DNA of 64,000 nucleotides from Octopus bimaculoides (Eukaryota): the NCBI RefSeq assembly GCF_001194135.2, contig NC_068981.1, positions 116,743,614-116,807,613 of the forward strand, read 5' to 3'. Shown in pieces: positions 26,811-38,898 of the stretch; the stretch's first letter is position 1, and each line of letters begins with the position of its first letter. The translations under genes were made by a program, and so were the position numbers. Under the pieces are notes generated by a model. That model searched no databases and was not told where the DNA came from. It saw only the letters and a list, made by a program, of their open reading frames with translations.

Positions 26811-27426
26811 TTGCGTGTATATGTGTATATATATATATATANNNNNNNNNNNNNNNNNNNNNNNNNNNNNNNNNNNNNNNNNNNNNNNNNNNNNNNNNNN
26901 NNNNNNNNNNNNNNNNNNNNNNNNNNNNNNNNNNNNNNNNNNNNNNNNNNNNNNNNNNNNNNNNNNNNNNNNNNNNNNNNNNNNNNNNNNNNNNNNNNNN
27001 NNNNNNNNNNNNNNNNNNNNNNNNNNNNNNNNNNNNNNNNNNNNNNNNNNNNNNNNNNNNNNNNNNNNNNNNNNNNNNNNNNNNNNNNNNNNNNNNNNNN
27101 NNNNNNNNNNNNNNNNNNNNNNNNNNNNNNNNNNNNNNNNNNNNNNNNNNNNNNNNNNNNNNNNNNNNNNNNNNNNNNNNNNNNNNNNNNNNNNNNNNNN
27201 NNNNNNNNNNNNNNNNNNNNNNNNNNNNNNNNNNNNNNNNNNNNNNNNNNNNNNNNNNNNNNNNNNNNNNNNNNNNNNNNNNNNNNNNNNNNNNNNNNNN
27301 NNNNNNNNNNNNNNNNNNNNNNNNNNNNNNNNNNNNNNNNNNNNNNNNNNNNNNNNNNNNNNNNNNNNNNNNNNNNNNNNNNNNNNNNNNNNNNNNNNNN
27401 NNNNNNNNNNNNNNNNNNNNNNNNNN

Positions 27427-27480
<54 letters not shown>

Positions 27481-27832
27481 AAATATACACACAATTGCAG
27501 ACATATACATAAATGTGTGTGTAATCGATGAATCACCCCTTATCAGTCAGTGTTGCAAACACATTCGGCGTTCCAAGCCCTCTGTGACTGAATCATTTTC
27601 TGAAAGCCTGAAGGATCGCATACTTATATGCAATGATTCACCATTGACTTTTAGTAAATAATTCAAATATATTTGCTACATGCATTGAGTATTCTTTCCG
27701 TCTCTCATTGCTGAACGGACATCTATCTGTCTACAAGTATGTATGGATGTATTTATATGCACATGCACATATACATGAAATCTGTTGTATATGACGACCT
27801 CATTTTTATAATTTAATTATTTCAAGCACATT

Positions 27833-28050
27833 GTGGCGACGAACTGGGAGAATCCTTCGCACACCAGGCATAATGCTAAGCGATATTTCATTCGTCTTTA
27901 TATTCTGAGTTCAAATTCTGTCGGGGTCGACTTTGCCTTTCATCCTTTCGGGTCGATAAAATAAGTACCAGTTTAACACTTAGATCGATTTAATCGACTT
28001 AGCCCCTCCCCCAAACCAACTTGTGCCAACATATGAAACCATTATTTCAA
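27833..28050 (+). mobile_element. SINE family A
   Basis: ggcgacgaactgggagaatc...gagttcaaattc...gtcgactttgcctttcatcctttcgggtcgataaaataagtacc. Confidence 0.85.
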
Positions 28051-28144
28051 ACATATTGAAAATTATATTTACATTACGACTACATAAACGACTATATAAT
28101 AAATACGCGCCCATATCCTTAGACGCTCATGCACACCAACGTAG

Positions 28145-28262
28145 TTCAAATCGTTGTTATACTCTTGTTTGCTATTTGTGGTTATCGAATCATTTTGTGA
28201 AACTGCTATGTTATGGGATATAACAACAACACCTTTGCCACTGATTCTTAAGCTACCTAAAC
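28145..28262 (+). CDS. candidate exon (phase 0 to 1) FKSLLYSCLLFVVIESFCETAMLWDITTTPLPLILKLPK, signal-peptide-like
   Basis: Open frame, GTAAGC donor, weak acceptor. Confidence 0.25.
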
Positions 28263-28644
28263 GTAAGCATAGACATGGACTCACATCCTTGCAAATTAAT
28301 ATACCACATTTTAACGATCATACTACGTTACGATTAAGTATTTACATGCCCGACGCTAAGGGGGTGCACTATTCAGTGGTGTACCCTCAGATTTATTGAC
28401 GCTTATTTCGAAACTCCACTTTAGCATAATTACAAATAAGTACCCACTCTGAATATTCTAAAGCTTCTCCAGACACGAAATCCGGCTGACGTGCCTGAGT
28501 ATATAAAGGTTGAAATAGTGTTGTAATGTACAAGATGAAAGAAAAGAAAATGTTAGATTTGAACATAAAATGTAGTAAAATTACATAAAAATTTTGACGA
28601 AACTAATAAGGAGATAAATTCATGTGAAATTTGTGTTACTTGGA

Positions 28645-28980
28645 GCAGACATGACTGTGTGGTAAGAAGCTTGCTTCCCGACCATATGGTTCTGGATGAG
28701 TCTCACTGCGTGGCATCTGTAGATAGAAATTGAAGAAACCAGTCCATCGTGTGCGCGTGCGCACGCGCGTGTGTCTGTCTGTGTGCGTGTGTGTTTGTCC
28801 CACTCAACCCTTGACATCTGGTGTTGGTGTGTTTACGTCTCCGTAATTTGGCGGTTCGGCAAAAGATCCTGATAGAGTAAGTAGCAGTCTTTGGGTCAAT
28901 TCATTCGCCTAAATATTCCTCAAGCCGGTGCGACAGCATGGCCGCATTCTAATGACTGAAACAAGTAAAAAAAGACAAAA
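28645..28980 (+). mobile_element. SINE family B, full length with internal deletion
   Basis: tRNA head, (TG)-rich middle, tail ending atgactgaaacaagtaaaa. Confidence 0.85.
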
Positions 28981-29854
28981 GAAAGAAACCAATAGAGAAT
29001 TACGAAAGAACACCAAGACTAATGAATCTTGCTCCGTATCATTTCATGACATGTAATGCATACAACGTAAATATATAACTATAGCTTACTTTTATAGACG
29101 TGACATTCGCTATCTGTCCATTTTTTTTTCTTTGCTAAAGTGATTCCTTCAAATGTGAAACGGTTAAGAACTGAGCAAAGCATCGCTTGTCTACTATTAG
29201 TGATGCATTATCTTCTTTGCAAACATGCGCTGTATATGGAGTAATTACATGCCGTTGATTTACTTTGGATTTCTTCATTTTTAGCCGTCACATTTTCTTT
29301 AGCTTTAGTTGTGATCTAAAATAGCATCAAAATACTATATAAACTGTCGTTTATATATGAAATTAAATCTTATGATCGTGTTCCTTTTTTGTATATATTT
29401 ATTTGCGTGACTGTTCGCTAGATGTGTATGTTTTTTCACACGTCTCTTTGTGAATGCATATAAGAACTGTGCTCATTATGTATCTATAAACAACAGAGTG
29501 CTGAAAAGATCCTGACCGTGGGTAAAAGAAAATCCGGGAAGATCAGTTAATTATGATTTTATTCAACATACTCCACTCTTAGATTCACGCACTTATTGCA
29601 TCGGTTCATCAGTCTTTATAAGCTCTATAAAAGAACTTGGATGTTTGGGCCTGTCACGACACCTTTAAATGCCAGCAAATTTTCAGCATTCTGCGGTATA
29701 TATCTGTTTGTATAGATATATGTGTGTGTGTGTGTGTGTTTCTGTGTGCGCGCGTGTGTATGGTGTGTGCATGTCTGCGTGTGTGTGTGTATATGAATAT
29801 ATATATTTATATGTACGTATAAATATCATATGTATTTATGTATCTATCTATCTA

Positions 29855-29925
<71 letters not shown>

Positions 29926-29928
<3 letters not shown>

Positions 29929-30451
29929 AACGGTTTAGTCTACTTTGAACTTTTAGACCCAAACCAAAAGACAACAAAGGAGTCTATTTCGAGCCACTTG
30001 ACCAGCTTCATTTAGCGCTAGAAGAAAAACGACCACGTTTGGCTTCAAAACGAAAGGTATTTTTCCATCAGGATAATATGCTCGGACATATACAGTGAGG
30101 ATAGTATTCCAAAACTGGAACAGTTTGGATGGGGAATGATGCCCCGTCCACCATATTTGCCGGAAATTGCCCCATCTGATTATCATTTATTCCGCAGTCT
30201 TCAAAATAATTTGGACGGAAAAAATATGAATCCTGTAGACGAGGTTAGAACAGTACTGGAGGGATAATTTTCGTCACGGACAAGTGAATTTTGGAAGATG
30301 GATCTTGCAAGTCTACCAGACAGATGAAAGAGCATTGTAGAAAATGGAGGAGAGTATATTTTAGATGAAAAAAGAACTTATCTTAATTTTTAAAAACTTA
30401 TTTTGGAAATAAAAGAGGTATAAAAATCGTTTTATTTATGGGTTGACCCAA
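29926..30451 (+). mobile_element. mariner (DD34D) 3' fragment
   Basis: GLVYFELL...FHQDN...PPYLPEIAPSDYHLFRSLQN...GGEYILD; TIR ends gggttgacccaa followed by TA. Confidence 0.9.
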
Positions 30452-30949
30452 TATATTCGTAAATGTCGAACAATGAGAATGTGTGCTCAACACCACTTTA
30501 GTGCATTAAGACTACCATTGTTTTCATGCTAAGAAAAAATCCTAATATCTTAACTATTTTTCAAACCAATCATATGGAAGAATGCGGTTCGTCTCCATTT
30601 TGGATAAATACGCGAAAAATCTCGGGAATTTCCAAAAGTCGTTGCATATGTATTCATATAGAGGTATGCGTTTTGAATATAGTTATATATGTAAATAGTA
30701 AATATACATGTATATGCGCGTATATATGTGCGCATATATCTGTATTCTCATTTTTAATTATGCGTATGCACACACAATATCTATCTATCTATATACACAC
30801 ACTTAAAATGAGCATTTGGATATATAAAAACCCTCACTGACATACCTCATATATACAGAAAATATAAGACGTGATGGTACTTTTTCCCTAATTATATTTC
30901 TCGCACTCGCCCTTAGCCCTTTCATAATTAATCTAAAATATCCGGCAGT

Positions 30950-31560
30950 TGGATAATCATAATAATTTTAATACCATTATTTTGACTGTGGTTGTCAGCA
31001 GCAGCAGCAGAAGCACCACCACCACCACCACCACCACTACCACGACCACCACCATCACCATCGCTATCGTTAACATCACTGTCGTCGTCGTCATCATCAT
31101 CTTCATCATCCTTCTTTTTACCAAGGTAACTTTTGTGAAGTGCTCTTCTGCTATTTACTTTTTATTTTTGTTTTGTATTACTGTTGTTGTTCATTCTGCT
31201 GCTCCTTCTGCTCCTTCTGCTCCCACTTCCACTTCTGCTTTTGCTGTTATCCCTACCGCGTTTCTGCTGGTGTAATTTATATTATTATTGATTTTACATT
31301 TAGATTTCTTTTTGTCTTGATAGTTACACTCCCAGATATTATTTTGTTTACATTTTATCTACGTTGTTCTTGGTGTCATTGTCTTGGTCAGCACCACCAT
31401 TATAAATTTTGGATTTGTTGATGATATTTATAGTATAATTATTAAATCTGTGCATCTATGTATTGTTGTTCATGTTGCTGTTATTACTGTTATAGTAGTC
31501 GAAACGAATTTGTTCTCGTTGTTCTTGCTGTTGTTGTTGTTGTTGTCATCTAAATACAAC
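30950..31560. repeat. cryptic triplet-periodic low-complexity tract
   Basis: Mosaic of CAC/GTC/ATC/GTT/GCT runs; minus-strand frames are interrupted by stops. Confidence 0.8.
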
Positions 31561-32418
31561 ACAAGTTCGTAGTTTCATTATACCCCTCAGCCTCGAAATC
31601 TAAATTCCTTCAACCATCACTCAATCTCTGATCTTAATATTTTGCTATCTAAATGTTTTTCTTTTACATTCAAAACATTTTTATTTTCCATATTTTTTTA
31701 TTTTTTTATTTTTTTAACATCATTTTTTATATTTAAAATTTTTATTCATTATTTTATTTATTTCTTATTTTCACTTCATCATAATTTTTGTTTTTCTCTC
31801 TACATGTATTTAATCCAATTATTTTACTCGTCCCTATTAAAATTCTCAAAAAAAAAAAAATTAAGAAATAAATAATGAAATATATTACGAAGCTCTGAAC
31901 GAAATACAAAACAAATATGTTTTAAAATACAAAAAATAAAATCCGAAAATCTAAAATTTTAAAAACTAATAGCGTAAAACAATGACATACCTACGTAAAA
32001 CAGATGAAAATAAAATTAAATATAAAATAACAAGACTATGTAGATTGTGACAATATCCTAATTTTCTTGTTCCGTTACAGTCATTAAAACCCTTTCCAAA
32101 CTCCTCGAAAGAGACTCTGTAGAACTCTCGATGTTTCTCTCTTGATAACTGATTCTAACACTTATGCATCATTCAAATTTTTGCTAATCCTTCACGTTTT
32201 CTCCAAATTTCATTTTTCAGTAATTTTCGTTTATTTTTGTTTTTAAGTTCACTTACAGTCTTCCCGCTTTACGCATCAACTCTGTACACTAAATAATTTT
32301 TACCATTCCCTATATTTTTTTATTTATTTATGAGAGTTCCAACCCCAACCGCTACTATTCTCTATACGTGTATGAACGTATGTTTTGTTTTTTAATTATC
32401 TATTTTTTTCTTTTACAG

Positions 32419-32592
32419 TCACATTATGGTATATTTGTCAGCAGAAGTCATTCTTAGACATTTATTTCCCCACCAACTCGAACCAAAACAGTTCTCCTCA
32501 GATTTCATTCCTTTTCTTACTTCTCTACCGAAGATATCGTTACAAGTACTTATTCAGGATATGGGTGGATTAGTTAATTAGATAGTGAATGG
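32419..32592 (+). CDS. candidate 5' exon ending in ATG-G (start codon 32589-32591)
   Basis: Strong acceptor tatttttttcttttacag and donor GTAATT directly after ATGG. Also contains a 51-codon upstream ORF (MVYLSAEV...GGLVN*). Confidence 0.4.
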
Positions 32593-32853
32593 GTAATTTA
32601 ATTTTGAAGAATCTTCTAAATGTATTCATTTTACAAAATTATTGGGTTATTCTATTGATTTAAATTTTAAATTTAAACGTTTTTATCTTGTGAATTAATT
32701 GTTAACGAGACATAATGTGAGTTAAGATTTTAACTATAGTTCGAATATTCTTTCTGTTTTGTCTCACTGCATTGCTCTCCCACGTATCTGTTCCCACACC
32801 ACTTCTATTTCCCTCACTCATTCACTCACTCGCTCACTCAATCTCTTTCTTAG

Positions 32854-32951
32854 ACACACCGCCCCGGGCTGAAATCAATCTTAAACACATTTTCACAGTC
32901 ACTCTCTACTTGATTCTCTGTATCTCTTCCTCTGCAAGTGTGGCTGGCAAG
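32854..32951 (+). CDS. candidate signal-peptide exon (D)TPPRAEINLKHIFTVTLYLILCISSSASVAGK
   Basis: Long pyrimidine tract with ctctttcttag acceptor and AAG/GTGAGA donor. Joins ATG-G in frame; hydrophobic core followed by small residues. Confidence 0.55.
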
Positions 32952-33941
32952 GTGAGACGGCTATAACTCTTTTACATTCAAGCTTTCTAAAGGGATTTAA
33001 TGACGTAATATCATTGAGTGTTTTTTGATCCTGTGCATTATTAGTAAAACAATGTTATTTTAACCTACTGATGTGATATTATCAATTGAATTGATCGTAG
33101 TGCTTGTCTTCAACTAATATTTTCAATCATTGTAGGAAGACACTCATAAGAATTAATGCCAAAATTCATATGTACGTGTATACATATCAACACAATAAAT
33201 TTTCATATCTAGTCCACTACTAGTAGATAGTCAGATCGTGTCAATTAATTATACTTGTCTCTCTGCAAAAGGTTTATTTCTAGAGGGCAGAAATTATAAA
33301 GAAATTATGCAAGTATGAAAATTTAAAAAAAATAATTATTGACATAAATTGGTATAATACTAGGTTTAAATAACTTTCAGTTAAGAATTTTATTCTTCTG
33401 ATTTATTAATTTATATCTCTTTAACATTTCTATTACTATTTGTGTGATAAAATAAGGATCGGTAATAGGTTACCAATTCAGTTTACTGTTACTGTAGCAA
33501 CAATCAATTCAATTTATTATAACATTCCCTTCTGAATATTGGACCTTGTAATTCTCAAACGAAACCGTTATTATTTGGACTGGCAGATTTCGAGAACGTT
33601 TGGATGAAATCTCCAGCAGCGTTTAATTAGATCATTTTAGGTTCTGCATTCAAATTTCACCTAAATCAACTTTCCTTTCATTACTCTCTGGCAACAATAA
33701 AATACAGTCCACCACTTTGCTATGAGAATTAACTTTTTGGGTGCAAAGGAGAGAGAAGGAAGAAATAGAAATTAAACGCGAGAGAGTAAGAGCGACTATT
33801 ATTACGAATTCCCTACAAACATAAATACATATGTAATATGCGAATCACTATCCAATGATATGTCTCTTCACTAAAGTAGGTTGAAAAGATACTAGTAATA
33901 GTTACAATAGACGAGTAACTATATTTTTATTCATGAATCAG

Positions 33942-34054
33942 TCGTGATTCAGACTATGAAATTAACTTACAATGGACCGTTCTTCCCAACAACTTCGATT
34001 CTGTTTGAAACTATTATACTTGTTATGCTAATGCCCAGGAAGAAATCATAAACG
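33942..34054 (+). pseudogene. exon-like segment RDSDYEINLQWTVLPNNFDSV*NYYTCYANAQEEIIN(G) with in-frame TGA
   Basis: AG acceptors at 33940 and 33951, GTAAGA donor, TGA at 34006-34008, Ig-like YTCYA.. motif. Confidence 0.3.
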
Positions 34055-34094
34055 GTAAGACTACAATAGATGATATCTGAGGTAATGGCGGAAC

Positions 34095-34300
34095 CTCAGT
34101 GTGGTTGATTGACCAGCTAGATATAGTAGCCATATCTCTAGCAAAATGTACAATTTTACTACGGTGGGACACAATAGATAATTCAGTAAGAAGCCCCAAC
34201 TCCCTCCTGAAACGATGCTAGGGTCATGGTTGGAATGATTTTTAGTATAGTCTATCTACTTGATTATAGTTAACGTGGATTTAAACAACAGCAGTAATTA
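34095..34300 (+). mobile_element. degraded SINE family C
   Basis: gtgtggttgattgaccagctaga...ggtcatggttggaatg...taaacaacagc. Related pieces at 38340-38740, 42100-42250, 42600-42690, 52120-52290 and 58200-58410. Confidence 0.55.
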
Positions 34301-34371
34301 AACTCATCAGACATTTCTATTTATTTAAATTTATGAAAAATCTCTTTTGCAATATTCTTTTATCTCTCATG

Positions 34372-34520
34372 AAGGCGGCGTTAGCAAGCCGGGCAAAGAT
34401 GTTACTTTTGATCCTTTCGGGATCGATAGAATAAGTACCAGTTGAACACTGGGATCAATACAATTGACTGAACCCCCTCAAATTTTGCTGTCCTTGCGTC
34501 AAAGTTTGCAAACAATATAT
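34372..34520 (+). mobile_element. SINE family A with internal deletion
   Basis: aaggcggcg...gatcctttcgggatcgatagaataagtaccagttgaacactggg. Confidence 0.75.
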
Positions 34521-34887
34521 TTTTTTCTCTCATTCATTAACTGTTACCAGTCACTGAACTGCAATTATGTGCATTCAAAGAATTTCTAAGATGATTATAG
34601 CGAACAAATGACACATTTCAGTTTGGTACATATTTTATCAAACTAGGCCAAATATTACATTTTGCCACAGCATCGATTACTTTCGACAGGTGGTTTATCT
34701 CAAACGCGTAATCGCAAGCACAGATATAGGTACTTACATAGAGCTACACCCACATATACATGCATATATCCATCCAAAGATGTTATATCTATGCATGTAA
34801 TTAAGTATATGTGCATTAAGTACATCGCGGTTCACTATCGCGCACTCAGTACATTACAAATTTTTCTGGCTAATATATGTAAATTTA

Positions 34888-35070
34888 TAAGGCGGCGAGC
34901 TGACAGAAACCTTAGCACACCGGACGAAATGTTTAGCGGTATTTCGCTGGAAAATGCATATAGTATTTTGCAAGTGGGGTGAGTTTTCATCTCTAGCTGG
35001 TGATTAAAATACGCTGAGAACGGGTAACCACCCAGAAACTCGAGCCTGTGAGCGATGACCTCCTCTTGCA
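34888..35070 (+). mobile_element. SINE family A head joined to a different body
   Basis: aaggcggcgagctgacagaaaccttagcacaccggacgaaatgtttagcggtatttcg, then unrelated sequence. Confidence 0.6.
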
Positions 35071-35424
35071 AATACTAATCGGACACATAATGTGTGTAGT
35101 TAGCCAGCTGGAAGAGTTGTCTCCCTGGGGCTATAAACGTCAGTAGCACTGTTCCGTATAGGACGCCACATCTGGTTGGCAATTATATGTTGCGATTCCA
35201 TATTGCTACTGTTTACATCTCGCTCAGAGATTTGATAGAGCCCCAACGAAGACATGTTACGATACAGGTAGAGAAATTTGAAAAGAAAATACGAAACCGG
35301 TTATTTCTCCAAAAACAATGTTTCTATACTCAAAATTTTATAACATTTTTCTAGCAAAGCGATTCAGACATATACTTTAACCATATAACAGAAGCCCTCT
35401 GTAGCCTTCTTTTTTATCTTTTAT

Positions 35425-35804
35425 ACTTGGATTAGGTTTGCAAGATTCTTTATGTGAGTTCGTGTATTGAAGCATATTTTGTTTTATCTAGGGAGAGTCA
35501 TTCTCTTTTAGTGCCTTATTATTTAACACACTCGCCCGTAAAGTTTTCACTCATTTATCTATTTATTTATTTTTCTAAAATTTTCGTTGCGTCTTACAAC
35601 CTTTTCAATAGTCGTTATCCGAGATACGTTATCCGAGCTACGTTCTTTTGATTGCTTGTGCGCACACACATTGACCCACACACATGCGCACAAACAAACA
35701 AAAAGAACGCAGCCCGGAAAACGGACAGTCAACAACTATTGAAAAGGTTGCAAGACGTGTTAAATAATAAGGCACTAAAAGAGAATGACTCTCCCCAGAC
35801 ACGA

Positions 35805-35836
<32 letters not shown>

Positions 35837-35989
35837 GTATATATTAGACAAAATGAGATAACAAACCGAAGGCTGTGAGGAGTTTTCAGGACATTTATAA
35901 GGAAAAAGTTATCGACTATATCTATATCTCTATCTTTTTTCCTTATAAATGTCCTGAATACTCCTCGTAGTCTTGGTTTTGTTTTCTCA
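35425..35989. mobile_element. modular fold-back (palindromic) element, locus 1
   Basis: Inverted pairs 35491-35529/35757-35795 (39/39 identical), 35590-35616/35731-35757, 35632-35649/35701-35718, 35656-35664/35685-35693; second hairpin 35854-35908/35934-35989. Confidence 0.85.
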
Positions 35990-36414
35990 NNNNNNNNNNN
36001 NNNNNNNNNNNNNNNNNNNNNNNNNNNNNNNNNNNNNNNNNNNNNNNNNNNNNNNNNNNNNNNNNNNNNNNNNNNNNNNNNNNNNNNNNNNNNNNNNNNN
36101 NNNNNNNNNNNNNNNNNNNNNNNNNNNNNNNNNNNNNNNNNNNNNNNNNNNNNNNNNNNNNNNNNNNNNNNNNNNNNNNNNNNNNNNNNNNNNNNNNNNN
36201 NNNNNNNNNNNNNNNNNNNNNNNNNNNNNNNNNNNNNNNNNNNNNNNNNNNNNNNNNNNNNNNNNNNNNNNNNNNNNNNNNNNNNNNNNNNNNNNNNNNN
36301 NNNNNNNNNNNNNNNNNNNNNNNNNNNNNNNNNNNNNNNNNNNNNNNNNNNNNNNNNNNNNNNNNNNNNNNNNNNNNNNNNNNNNNNNNNNNNNNNNNNN
36401 NNNNNNNNNNNNNN

Positions 36415-36600
36415 NTGTGTGTGTGCGTCTTTGTGTCTGTGTTTTTCTTCCCCCACTGCTTGACAACTGATCTGGATTCGTTTACGTCCCCGTAACTTAG
36501 CGGTTCGGCCAAAGACTTTACAGAATAAGTACTAAAAGATTCTTCAAGGTACTGCCTCATCATGACCGTAGTCTTATGATTGAAACAAAAGAAAGAAAAG
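36415..36600 (+). mobile_element. SINE family B, 3' half
   Basis: cttgacaactga...tttacgtccccgtaacttagcggttcggc...gattgaaacaaaag. Confidence 0.8.
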
Positions 36601-36831
36601 AGATTAAAAGATTAATTTTAGCTCCTTAAAAATGAATAGTTCACGTATATTCCATTGAAAAATACCAATAAAACATTTTAAGCTCAGATGCGTTTTGACT
36701 TCACGCAAAAGAATAAAAGAAATTTCCAATGGGGAACAGGGAGCAGCAGTTCTGAAAGGGAGAGTCATCATATCTGCGTACACTTTCTGAAACGGTGCGG
36801 CTCTTATGAAGTTATAGAAAACTGTCATTAC

Positions 36832-36980
36832 AGAATCCTTCAGGGATCACATATGGCCATAAATGTGATAATGCATTTCCAATGAGCTTCAATTGATTTT
36901 GCTCCAGATGTTTGCAGACAGTTTGTTTCCTGCTTGGGAGATTTATCGATGGCCATTTCAAAGAGTGTAACGATATAAAG
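36832..36980 (-). CDS. candidate exon (phase 2 to 1) FISLHSLKWPSINLPSRKQTVCKHLEQNQLKLIGNALSHLWPYVIPEGF, possibly M12B catalytic-domain N-part
   Basis: In frame with the 43626 donor, GTAATG donor. K.PSI and NA..L spacing resembles ADAMTS; the upstream 37051-36984 segment reads AEFGEYRGDASQTYVLT in another frame. Confidence 0.3.
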
Positions 36981-37359
36981 CTAATATGTGGTTAGTACGT
37001 ATGTTTGGCTAGCATCTCCCCTATATTCACCAAATTCTGCCTCAGGTTTTACTGCATATATGTATCAATTTGTATATGTTTTGGCTATGAATTTTTTTAT
37101 AAACAGACACATCTAAATGTGTCTATATTTACGTACCTATGCATCTATCCTTGAGTTTTTATATGTATCTTTACATAGGAATAGGTACACAGTTTTTAGT
37201 TATACTCTTGCTTTAGCGAGCTATGTTTTTATATATGGAAAAAATAGTTTATATTTATGAGTAGATGCATGAGAACTCATAATACCAAAGTATCTATGTA
37301 TGTAATTATGTATGAGCGCGTGTATGTACCTGTATATGTGTGTGTTTGTATGTATGTGA

Positions 37360-37395
<36 letters not shown>

Positions 37396-38898
37396 TTTTG
37401 TGAATATGATTATGTTTCCCTGTGTATGTGTGAATATATAATTCCGTAAGTGATTATCAATACGTGTATGATTTCCAAATATAATATGCGTATGTATGAA
37501 TGTGTGTGTATATATATGCATGCAGCAATTAATATGTTTATATGTATACACACATACGTATGTGTGTGTGTATATATGGTTTGGGTAAGAGCATAATAGT
37601 TATATGTATAAATACATACGATTAGGTCAGTTTGCTTGTATATCTAACCTTATAGGCGTAACTGTGTGTCAAGCCATATGCGTTAGTTTCGATCGGTTTG
37701 TAAGGAGAGAAAGATGTGAGGCCACATTATATTATGCTGGTATTATTTCATGCCAGATTAACCTCATGTTTCAGGGCATCTGTCAAACACAGGAGTAATT
37801 TAATGGGCAATAAAAAAGGATGAAGCAAATGGCGAGACCTACTATTAAATTGTATAATATATTGATATTTATTACAAGCGTTGAGATTAATAGATTTATA
37901 TGTACTTTTATGCAAACACATATACACATTCACGCACATCATATATATATATTTAAGTGTATATATGTATACATATATANNNNNNNNNNNNNNNNNNNNN
38001 NNNNNNNNNNNNNNNNNNNNNNNNNNNNNNNNNNNNNNNNNNNNNNNNNNNNNNNNNNNNNNNNNNNNNNNNNNNNNNNNNNNNNNNNNNNNNNNNNNNN
38101 NNNNNNNNNNNNNNNNNNNNNNNNNNNNNNNNNNNNNNNNNNNNNNNNNNNNNNNNNNNNNNNNNNNNNNNNNNNNNNNNNNNNNNNNNNNNNNNNNNNN
38201 NNNNNNNNNNNNNNNNNNNNNNNNNNNNNNNNNNNNNNNNNNNNNNNNNNNNNNNNNNNNNNNNNNNNNNNNNNNNNNNNNNNNNNNNNNNNNNNNNNNN
38301 NNNNNATATACTGAAATCAAACTCATCTCTACGTAAAACAGAAAAGATATCACAAGCCTGTGCATGTAGTCACCGATGTAGCACCCGGAGACACCCTCAA
38401 ATTATACCCTGCAGACTAGAAAATGTAGATTTATATTATGCCTCCAGACGGGATGGTTATGAGTGGTCAACATCTTTAATTATAGGGTTGACCAATCAGA
38501 GATGACCTAAGGATTTAACCGAATGACATCAGAAAAAGTAACAACACATTTCGAATCCTCAATTATACCAGACATAAAACTGACATAGCCCCACCTCTTA
38601 TCAGATCAATGTTTTACGAAAAGCAATTACCAAAGCGAGGCAACATGAGAGCTACTTTGAGATCTCGCGTCATGTTAGTAATAGATACGAAATTTCCTCA
38701 GATCACATCTTGACGCTAGGGAAGATAATATCAGCGACAATACAGTTCTAGATACATAATCAAAGGCACGATGAAAATGATTGAATCATGTTTGATTCAT
38801 GGCTCTGCTAAATCAGGATTCACAACAGTAAAAACAAAGCCGACGACGATGACAACGACGATGATGATAATGATGATGATAGTAGTAATAATAATAAT

